Part shown: positions 22,401 to 30,990 of the stretch, one piece after another
Numbering within the stretch: the first letter of the stretch is position 1
Layout of the letters: every line of letters starts with the position of its first letter
DNA from: Candidatus Saccharimonadota bacterium
GTDB taxonomy: Bacteria > Patescibacteriota > Gracilibacteria > Absconditabacterales > Absconditicoccaceae
Direction of reading: 5' to 3'
DNA length: 32,000 nucleotides
Assembly: GCA_000503875.1 (NCBI GenBank)
Contig: CP006913.1
Coordinates: 810,001-842,000 of the forward strand
Position numbers and translations under genes: made by a program
Notes under the pieces: generated by a model
What the model was told of the DNA's origin: nothing
What the model saw: the letters and a program-made list of their open reading frames with translations, nothing else
The model's database searches: none

Positions 22401-22621
22401 TGAGAAGGTTGATTTACGACTACATCTGATTCCTTAGGTGCAACATAAGAAGTTTTCTTAAAAAGGAAATTTTTTACGCTAGAAACGCCTCCCATACGTT
22501 GGATACAATAAGATTTATCTGCTCCCCATGCGGTATTGGTGATTTTAGAAATATTTTCTGCCAAAATAGGATTTTTATCATACACGGCTTGAAGTTGTTG
22601 TTCGCACTGAATTAAATTCAT
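19481..22621 (-). CDS. Type IV secretion coupling-protein-like P-loop ATPase (VirD4/TraD-like), single 1046-codon ORF
   Basis: Five track ORFs (19481.., 19865.., 20069.., 21440.., 22349..) are all in one frame, separated only by TGA (junctions translated). N-terminal region and TM helix YYILWGVSIALLAIIFTKFI. Walker A IGKSGTGKSVF followed by ICLIDPHGDL. Walker B-like YLYVDEFQNF. Also RKYRLCLIMAHQYIAQL. TAG at 19481-19483. Confidence 0.75.
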
Positions 22622-22656
22622 ACGTGACTATCATTAAGGTTTAAAACTCATTAACA

Positions 22657-22686
22657 ATTATACTCAAACCCACAAAAAAATTCCAA
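22657..22686 (-). promoter_or_regulatory. Sigma-70-like promoter for the T4CP-like gene
   Basis: On the minus strand: TTGGAA (22681-22686), 18-nt spacer, TATAAT (22657-22662). Confidence 0.3.
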
Positions 22687-22833
22687 AAAACACACAAAAC
22701 ACAGTCAAAAAGACTTGCGTTTTTGTAAAAATGGGATGAAGATAAAAAAGTCAGCTAAAATTTGATACATCCGCTCGAAAAAACACTTTTTTGTTTTTTA
22801 TGAAGGGATGGATCAAATTTTCTTTGCGAAAAT

Positions 22834-22862
22834 TTGACAGAAACTGAATTTTTGGATAGAAT
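22834..22862 (+). promoter_or_regulatory. Sigma-70-like promoter for 22892..23578
   Basis: TTGACA (22834-22839), 17-nt spacer, TAGAAT (22857-22862). Confidence 0.4.
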
Positions 22863-22891
22863 TTAGATAGTTTATTTTCTATCTCAAAAAA

Positions 22892-23578
22892 ATGGAACTC
22901 TTAACAGAAATAGAACAAAGAAAAAAACATCAATTAGAAAAAATATCAAATAAGGCTAATGCTATTGTTAGCAAGAACAAATTTGATTTAGAAGAAAATC
23001 TCAATACAAAAAGAGAGCTAGTTTTACAATTTAAAGAAATAAAAGAAGAAGGTACTGATGAAGATGCTGATATAAAAAAATCATTAAAAAGAGCTCATAA
23101 TCGAGAACATATTCTTTTAGAAAACAAGGTAGAAGATAAGAAAACCAATGAAATATGTGTTGAAGTATTGAGAAATATATCATGTTATTCATGTATAAAC
23201 AAGCCTATTATCTTTCAATTAATAAAAGAATTGGATGAAAACGAAGAAAAATATATTATCAAAAGTCGTAATTATTACATCGATCCAACAGGAGAAAAGA
23301 CAGCTATATTAGAACAAAGATTAAAAGAAGGGAACGAAGATTCAAAAGATTCTCTTAGAAATAAATTTAAAGAAAGAATGCAAAACTGAGAACTAAACAA
23401 ATACGGAAACGCAGGATTGGGATATTTAGATATAGCGAAAAAAGTAAAAGATTTTAATATAACGCCATTTATCTATGAATTTACTAAACAAAAAGATGGT
23501 ACGGTAAAATTTGACCTTACGATCACTATCCCACAAAAGAAAAGAGAAAAAGCAATTGATAATGAGATTTTATCATAG
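22892..23578 (+). CDS. Lys/Glu-rich hypothetical protein (228 aa)
   Basis: Track ORF 22892..23389 continues through TGA 23387-23389 to TAG 23576-23578, frame checked. Confidence 0.6.
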
Positions 23579-23618
23579 AAATCATCAAATAAACAATTTT
23601 GTATAAAATAGACTGGAC

Positions 23619-23664
23619 AAAACACAGAAAATAAATATAAAACATCTGTGTTTTTGTTTTTTTC
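23619..23664 (+). terminator. Hairpin plus T-run terminator
   Basis: Stem aaaacacag / ctgtgtttt with a large AT-rich loop, followed by tgttttttt. Confidence 0.45.
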
Positions 23665-23672
23665 ATACTACA

Positions 23673-24263
23673 ATGGCTAAAAAAATAAACACCATTAAAT
23701 TAACCGAAAGGAAAATCAAGAATTGAACCAATATTCATGGACGCGAAACGCCTGAAGATCTTTTTCAAAAACGAGAAATAAAAATTCAAACTATTGATAA
23801 TGAAATTTCCAAAGGGATTGTTGAAGCACTAAAAGCTACCCCTGAAGAATGTCAGAAGAAAGTTAGCCACATTAAATGACTCCAAAAAACAACAAACGAA
23901 GAAATATCTAATATTCTTCAAGAGTTTTCAAAAATAACTATAAACGAATTACGAAGAAAAACCAAAAATAAAATAAGGGATAGTCTTGAAAAAAAAATAC
24001 AGGAAAATTTTGATATTTGTGAAGATAAACGAAAAAAAATAATGGAAACAGAAGAGGATGTAAATGACTTGAAAAGGTCAAAATCTGAAAGAGAAAATTC
24101 ACAAAAAATAATAAATGAGTTAGCTAAAAGATTCAAAATCACCAAAAATAATACAGTAGAAATTATCTCTTTATTGGAAAACGATTCTTTTTCACAAGAA
24201 ATACTAAAAAAATTACAATGATATGAAGCTTACATAAAAAATTATTACCCACATACAAAATAA
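23673..24263 (+). CDS. Lys/Glu-rich hypothetical protein (196 aa)
   Basis: Runs from ATG 23673 to TAA 24261-24263, frame checked line by line, with 3 in-frame TGA. There is no forward-strand ORF in the standard-code track; only the antisense ORF 23918..24145 is listed. Confidence 0.55.
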
Positions 24264-24270
24264 TTTTTTC

Positions 24271-24392
24271 TTGCATTTCTTTCTCCAACTCATATAATCA
24301 CAGCATGAAAACATCTAAACTTTCAGTCGTGATCTAACAAAAAGGAGAAAGATACCACTATCTCCTTGATTTCACCATCAAGGATTTTTTTT
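24271..24392 (+). promoter_or_regulatory. valS promoter plus leader with mini-ORF and alternative hairpins (candidate attenuator)
   Basis: TTGCAT (24271-24276), 16-nt spacer, TATAAT (24293-24298). Mini-ORF 24305..24337 encodes MKTSKLSVVI. Hairpin A pairs aaggaga (24342-48) with tctcctt (24361-67). Hairpin B pairs tccttgat (24363-70) with atcaagga (24377-84) and is followed by a T8 run (24385-92). Confidence 0.4.
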
Positions 24393-24412
24393 AACTCAAA
24401 TTTTAGACAAAA

Positions 24413-27376
24413 ATGGATAAAAGAGAATTTCCCGCAAGTTTCGATCATACAACAACGAGACAACTCTACGACCAACGAGAGGCAAAAAAACTATTTACAC
24501 CAGATGATAACCATAGCTATGATGGTACTTTTGTCGTGCCTATTCCTCCGCCAAATGTGACAGGAATCCTCCACTTAGGACATGCTATGACCATGGCTCT
24601 CGAAGATATTATGATCAGACATGCTCGTATGAACAACAAAAAAGCTCTTCGAGTACCTGGTACTGACCATGCTGGAATTGCCACACAAGTTGTAGTAGAA
24701 AAAAAAGTTGCCAAAGAAGAAGGAAAATCTAAAAACCAATTCGAAAGATCTGAATTTATCAATAAAATACGAGATTGGGCAAGTTCATGTAGATCAACAA
24801 TCGTCAATCAGACCAAAATGATGGGGTCTGCCTGTGATCGATCAAGAGAACAATTTACTCTCTCAGAAAAGCTTTCTCGCGCCGTTAGAAAATCATTTGT
24901 AAACCTTGCAAATGCACAAAAAATATATCAATCAAATTATATTATCAATCGATGTCCTAGATGTCAGACCGTACTTTCTGACTTAGAAGCCGAACACAAA
25001 GACACAGTAGGAAAACTCTATTATATCCAATACTTTAATTCAGATAAATCTGCGAGTATCACCGTTGCAACCTCTCGTCCAGAAACTATGTTTGGAGATG
25101 TGGCAATTGCTGTGCATCCAGAAGGGCAACGAAAAGAGCGAATTGGTAAAACAATTTGCATCCCAATATCCAACAAGGAGATACCGGTGATTTCAGAAGA
25201 TACGGTGGCACTAGATTTTGGTACATGAGCGCTCAAAGTAACTCCCGTACACGATCCTGTCGATTTTGCCCTTGGACAAAAACATCATCTCCCTCTAGAT
25301 ATTTTTGCATTTGATAAAGCAGGTATCTGGACTGAAGTTTCTGGTGAATTTAGCGGAAAAGATAGCAAAAAAGATTTCGCAGAATTTATGGAACAATTGG
25401 AACAAAAAGGACATCTTACAAAAACCGAAGACTATCCAACGACCGTTCCTCACTGTGAAAGATGTAACACGAGAGTTGAACCCTTAGTTTCCAAACAACG
25501 ATTTGTTGACGTAAAAGAATATGCAGACAAATCTATCAACGCCGTAAAAACAGGTGAGACAACGATTCATCCTGCGAGATTCAACAAAACATTTTTTGAT
25601 TGGATGGAAAATATTAGACCTCGATGTATTTCTAGACAACTTCGACGAGGACATAGAATACCAGTTCGATACTGCGAAAAATGACACGCTCATCCTATGG
25701 ACGAAGATGCTTTTTTCGAAAGCATCGAACAAACAGATGGATTTGTATTGGGACATATAGTTTTCAACCTTGTTGCTGATGATAGACTAGGAAAAACATT
25801 CTCTATCGAGAAATTAGTAGATCTTCTCAACACAACAAGTCTTACTCCACAAAATGGAACAATCGGAGATATTTATCACACAATTTACAGCACAAAATTC
25901 AAAGATAATCAAACATTACTCAATCAAATAGAAACAATAAAAACAGCCATTACAAACAAAGATATAAATCAGATTACATTATTATTAAATAGTATTCCAA
26001 ATATCAAAACAACTGACAATGGACAATTCACATTAGAATTTGCATGTAAAACTTGTGGAAGTACAACAATACACCAAGATAATGATGTATTAGATACGTG
26101 GTTTTCAAGCGCGCTTTGGCCATTTGCGATTATGGGACGACCAGAAAATACGCAAGATCTCGCTGAATATTATCCTAGTGAAGTATTAGAAACAGGGTAC
26201 GATATTATCTTTTTCCGAGTTGCGAGAATGATGATGATGGGGTTTGCCAACACCGGAAAATCGCCATTCAAACACGTATACTTGCATGGTCTCGTAAGAG
26301 ATGAAAAAGGGAAAAAGATGTCCAAATCCGCAGGAAATGGAATCGACCCAATAGAAATTATCAACAGTCATGGACCAGATGCCCTCAGATTAAGTCTTGT
26401 TTTGGGTGCGACTCCAGGAAACGATCTCAAATATTCATTGAGCAAAGTCGATTATGCTTCTAGATTTTTGCATAAGCTTCGAAATGCCTGTAAATACGTA
26501 GATATGAAATTTGAAGCAAGCGAATTATCTTGGGAAGAAGAACGTGATTTTATCACCACCAACTTCGCAGAAACAACAGACGCCGACAAATGGATCCTCA
26601 ATATTTTCGATCAACATATCGACCAAATCAATCAATATTTCAAAGATTTTATGTATGGAGAAGCTGGAAATAGCATTATAGAATTCGTTTGGAATTATTT
26701 CTGTGACTGGTATATCGAGATCACCAAATCATCACAATCAACCGTAACACCGCATATTCTTCGTTACAGCATTGGAACTATTCTCAAATTATTGCATCCA
26801 TATGCACCATTCGTCACAGAAACTTTACGAGATTTATTTAGTTTCAAAGGACATTTGATCCAACAATCACGACCAAAAACACTAGGCAAAGAGCCAGCTC
26901 GTGAGACATTCAATCTCTTCACCGAAGTTATCTGAGCAATTAGAAATCTGAGACAAGACAACGACATCAAACCAAACGAAAAAGTAAACGTTTTCATCAA
27001 AGGCATCGCCGACAAACAAGCATGGACAGAATATATTCCATTGATCACCAAGCTCAATACTGCTCTTTCGGTAATTATTATGAATGACAACGAAAATATG
27101 CAAGACAACGTCTATATCCAAGTGGTAGAAACACTAACCGTAGGTGTCCAGACGCACCAGGAAATCAATTGGGCAGAAGTTGAAAGCAAATTAACCAAAG
27201 AAATCGACCAGTTAACCAAGCACATAGAAAACCAAGATCGCATGCTCAACTCAGGCGATTTTCGCTCCAAAGCCCCTGCCCATATCATCGCTGATAGGGA
27301 AAAAAGCTTACAGGAGAATAGAGAAAAATTGATAAAGATGAATGAAGAGTTGGAGAATGTTAAGAAGAATAAATAG
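24413..27376 (+). CDS. valS: Valyl-tRNA synthetase (987 aa)
   Basis: Four track ORFs share one frame and are joined by 3 TGA; for example 25229-25231 is the middle Gly of FGTGALKVTP. HIGH motif PPPNVTGILHLGHA, KMSKS motif KKMSKSAGNG, DVLDTWFSSALWPF, and a C-terminal coiled coil. At least 15 CGA codons fall on ValRS-conserved Trp positions. Confidence 0.97.
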
Positions 27377-27387
27377 GAAAGAAAAAT

Positions 27388-27413
27388 CTGTACTTTTTTG
27401 TACAGGTTTTTTT
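27388..27413 (+). terminator. Rho-independent terminator after valS
   Basis: Stem ctgtac / gtacag with loop tttttt, followed by gttttttt. Confidence 0.55.
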
Positions 27414-27524
27414 AAAAATTCATAGAAGAAACTTCTTTTGAAAAAGGGAGTGAAATTTGAATTGTTATTTTAGAAAGAAATTAGTATAGTGTTTTTTAAT
27501 GTTTTAATTATTTTATAATATATC

Positions 27525-27827
27525 GTGTGAAGACATACTAATGCTCAAAATTTATCTATAACTATATATAGCATTAACAGTGTTATTTTTGCTATACGAA
27601 CAAGTGGTTTCATATCATCATATATTGCTAACTCATTTAAATTGACATGGTTAGCTGAGAATTTTATTCTAACTCCAATATTATTTATTCTATTTGGCGT
27701 AATAACTGTATATTATGTAAAAAAATATCAAATGAATATTGCATATAGCATAATAGTATCAATATTTCACTCTATATTATTACCCTTTTTAATACTAAAA
27801 TCTCACAAAAATGAATGATGAAATTAA
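27525..27827 (+). CDS. Small polytopic membrane protein (100 aa), start uncertain
   Basis: The frame is open from TAA 27516-27518 to TAA 27825-27827 (checked). GTG 27525 is the first canonical start codon, just after a TATAAT-like box. The protein has three hydrophobic segments. Confidence 0.4.
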
Positions 27828-28482
27828 AATAATTAAGATAATACTACGACCGGTTGCAATTATTATGTTATGAGTTGGTATTTTTTCGTATGTTACAAAA
27901 ACGCCATTATATGAATGACAGTATTCTGATATAAAATATCCTGAAGACACAACCTGAGCCACTATAGAACAACAAACAATAACTTGAGAAAGCATTACAT
28001 GAACAATAATAGACATACCAACAGATCCAAGAACATATTTTGATTATATTATAGAATATGGTAGTTGATGAATTGATTATATTTCAATAGCCCCGACAAA
28101 TCAACCATTAATGAATTCGAAAGCATGAAGTGAAAACACTTCAAGAATGCACGATTATTTATACAAAAATAGAATTAAATTTGATATACCAACAACAGAT
28201 AAACAATGATATATTATGTTTGTAACATCAAAGCCAGTTTCAAATATCAGTAATATTTTTTTATGAGTTAACGGCTCTACAATATGATGGTTAAATAAGA
28301 AAGAATCATTATCAGTAGAAAATAAAAACGAATATTTATACAAACTGAACCACATACCACTCATTGGGAATAATGATTATAATTTTCCAAAAGATTTATC
28401 GTGAAAAACAAATATTTATATAAATGCTGTGGTTTGAGAAAGCGACAATAAAATAGAAAAAATTATTATATTTTTCCAATAA
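27811..28482 (+). CDS. Signal-anchored hypothetical protein (223 aa), TGA-dense
   Basis: Runs from ATG 27811 to TAA 28480-28482, every triplet checked. By my count it has 13 in-frame TGA against 4 GGN Gly codons. N-terminal TM helix PVAIIMLGVGIFSYV. Confidence 0.6.
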
Positions 28483-28536
28483 CATCAACAAAATATTTTT
28501 CTAGAGAAAAACTAATTTATTTTCTAATCAAACATA

Positions 28537-29007
28537 ATGTTTAAGAAAATTATTGTGGCTTCTTTATTAATATCAGGAATATTTATTACATGATGTAGCA
28601 TAGAAAAACAAAATAGTGAGGACAAAACAACAATGACAGAAAATCAAATCTTTGATAAAAAAAAGGAATGCGCTAACTATAAAGACAAAATTATAGCGGA
28701 AATCGAGAAAAGAAATACTGAGTATACATACGATTGACAAGAGAGTTATGAAAAATTAGGATCTATTTTTTATAGTATACAGAAGAATACCTGCATGTAC
28801 GATACACGATGATTTTTTAAATATAACATAGATTGAAAAACAGAAAGTAGAGATGTAGTAACAGTATATGATTATTTTTCAAATGAAAAGGTTCTTCAAA
28901 CACCAAATTTTTGTAAAGATTCCAAAGAAAAATGGATTCCTTATAGACAATGAATATGTCTTGTAGATGATTTTTCACAGAAACTTTATGAACTTAAATG
29001 AGAATAA
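28537..29007 (+). CDS. Putative lipoprotein (156 aa)
   Basis: Runs from ATG 28537 to TAA 29005-29007, checked. In the signal plus lipobox MFKKIIVASLLISGIFITGCS, the lipobox Gly is TGA 28591-28593. 6 in-frame TGA. Confidence 0.65.
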
Positions 29008-29028
29008 TTTTATTATTATATATACATA

Positions 29029-29787
29029 ATGAGCGGTTCTTGATATATTGAAGAGTTTATTAATTACACAAAAAAGCCTGAATGGATTTGGTGAATAATA
29101 TTCAGTGTATTAACAGTTATATTATTTCGAGCAAAAAAATTTTTAATAAATTTTTTTTTCCGAACATTACGTAGAATAGATAATTTAATAAAATATATAG
29201 CCACAAAAGATTTATGATACTGAAACATAAACATAATTAGTGATACAGAAACGTACTTCATAAAATATGAAAAGCAAGGAAATTGACCAAAATTAAATTT
29301 AGCTAAAGGTCACGCTAAAATAGCGAAATATTCGGAAATAGAAGACAATGCTCGAAAAAAATATGAGAAATATGAAGAACTAAAATGATCTAAACGAATT
29401 GCTCATCATGAAATAATAACAAACGAAGAAGCAACTCATTGATGATATTATTTTTTTGAAAGAAAGTTTTCATTAAATTTTGATATATCAAGGATTAAAA
29501 AAGCTTATTTATATATAATCGTAGATGATGAATGCGAAATAACAATAAATGAATCCGATTTAGCAGAAAATATAAATTGAGAAAAGAAAAAAATAACCTC
29601 CAATGAAGCACTAGCCACATTAGATATAAAAGATTATTTGAAAAAAGGAGATAATCTAATAAAATTAAAAATCAGAAATATATCGTTTGAAACTCGTACA
29701 GATAATCTATTTGTAAATAGTACGGAAAAATGGAAACAAAATCCATATTGAGTTAAATATTGAATATGAATTAAATATATTAAATAA
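29029..29787 (+). CDS. Membrane-anchored hypothetical protein (252 aa) with a possible jelly-roll C-terminal domain
   Basis: Runs from ATG 29029 to TAA 29785-29787, checked, with 12 in-frame TGA. TM helix WIWGIIFSVLTVILF. The C-terminal YIIVDDECEITINESDL...LDIKDYLKKGDNLIKLKIRN recalls galactose-binding-domain-like modules; this is a similarity judged by eye only. Confidence 0.6.
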
Positions 29788-29826
29788 TTTCAGAATCCCC
29801 CTCCTTTACCCCTCAACCCTCTCTCA

Positions 29827-30285
29827 ATGCCCTACAAACACACCCAATTTAGTTATCTAATGCTAGTTGTTACCTTGATCGTACTAGCACTTTTCGTATG
29901 GGCGTATATAACGGCTTCTGCTGAGCCTGTTTCGTACAATTCTGGTCCAAATTTTGCTATGACGAGCATAATGGCTTTGATTGTTTTTCTTCTTGCTTCC
30001 TTCATATCACTCCAAGTACGTATTGATGAAAAACATATAGCAATCAAATTTGGATACGGGATTTTCAAGAAAAAGTTTTCGCTCGATGATATCCTATCTG
30101 CTAAAACCGTAAAAAATCATCGATATTATGGATGGGGAATCAGAGTATGGTTTTGGCCCAAGATGTGGATTTTCAATGTTTCTGGTTTTGACGCAGTTGA
30201 AATAAAAATGAAAAATGGCAAAACATACAGGATAGGTACGGACGAACCCAAAAAATTAGAACAAGCAATTCTGAAGATGGTGTAA
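29827..30285 (+). CDS. Two-TM membrane protein with a Trp-rich C-terminal domain (152 aa)
   Basis: Intact ORF in any code from ATG to TAA with no TGA. TM helices YLMLVVTLIVLALFVWAYI and IMALIVFLLASFISL, followed by YYGWGIRVWFWPKMWIF. Confidence 0.7.
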   Translation: MPYKHTQFSYLMLVVTLIVLALFVWAYITASAEPVSYNSGPNFAMTSIMALIVFLLASFISLQVRIDEKHIAIKFGYGIFKKKFSLDDILSAKTVKNHRYYGWGIRVWFWPKMWIFNVSGFDAVEIKMKNGKTYRIGTDEPKKLEQAILKMV

Positions 30286-30348
30286 TTTTCTTTTGTAAAA
30301 AGAAGCAAAATAGATACATTAAGATTGATTTATTCACTAACGAATAGG

Positions 30349-30888
30349 ATGAATAGAATTCAAAAATCAAAAGAATTTGCAGAAGAATGTTTAAAAGACA
30401 TAGATTCGGCACATGGGATAAAACATGCTGAGACTACTGCAAACTTTGCTAAAATTGTTTCTGAAAAAGAAAATATCAATACAGAATTATGTATTATTAC
30501 AGCACTTCTTCACGACATTGGAAGAAGCAAAACATGGAAACAAGAAACAATTGAAGACAATCATGGAGTTGATGGTGCAAAAAAAGCAAAAGATTTTCTT
30601 TTTTCATTAGAATTATCCAATGAAGAGGTTGATATGATTTGCGAAGCAATATCCCAACATTGTTTTCCAAACATTCAAACAAATCAAATTTCAAAAATAT
30701 TGCGAGATTCAGATAAATTAAATTCATTTTCAAAAGAAATGAAGTTGGAATATATCAAATATTGGAAGGAAAAAGGATGGGATGATGAAAAAATTACTGA
30801 ACAAATCAAAAAAGAAAGAGAATTTTATTTTAAGACATTTTACACGAAAACCGCACAAAAGATAGCAAAAGAGAATTTTACAGTATAA
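30349..30888 (+). CDS. HD-domain phosphohydrolase (179 aa)
   Basis: Contains HGIKH...ALLHDIGR (H...HD) and later RDSDKL. ATG 30349 is preferred over the TTG 30325 start used by the track. No in-frame TGA. Confidence 0.8.
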   Translation: MNRIQKSKEFAEECLKDIDSAHGIKHAETTANFAKIVSEKENINTELCIITALLHDIGRSKTWKQETIEDNHGVDGAKKAKDFLFSLELSNEEVDMICEAISQHCFPNIQTNQISKILRDSDKLNSFSKEMKLEYIKYWKEKGWDDEKITEQIKKEREFYFKTFYTKTAQKIAKENFTV

Positions 30889-30990
30889 AAAATAGAAATG
30901 GCCACGTAAATAAGAAATCTATTTTTTTCAAAACACCTTGTTTTCCAGCCACAAAACACTATCAAGAACATAACACTTAAAACATAACAT

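Noticed and set aside
23918-24145. Minus-strand ORF 23918..24145
   Set aside because: It is antisense to the plus-strand 23673..24263 frame, which stays open across the whole interval under TGA=Gly and lies between a terminator and the valS promoter.
24300-24412. T-box riboswitch upstream of valS
   Set aside because: The leader is only about 108 nt and lacks the conserved T-box sequence (..GGGTGG.ACCGCG) and a recognisable specifier-loop architecture. I kept it only as a generic attenuator candidate.
27795-29261. Minus-strand track ORFs 27795..28016, 28155..28364 and 29064..29261
   Set aside because: Each is short and isolated. The plus strand carries long TAA/TAG-free frames with signal peptide, lipobox and TM features once TGA is read as Gly.
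29797-29826. G-quadruplex on the minus strand of the C-rich tract
   Set aside because: Only three G-runs of 3 or more bases are present (ggg, gggg, ggggg), which is not enough for a canonical three-tetrad quadruplex.
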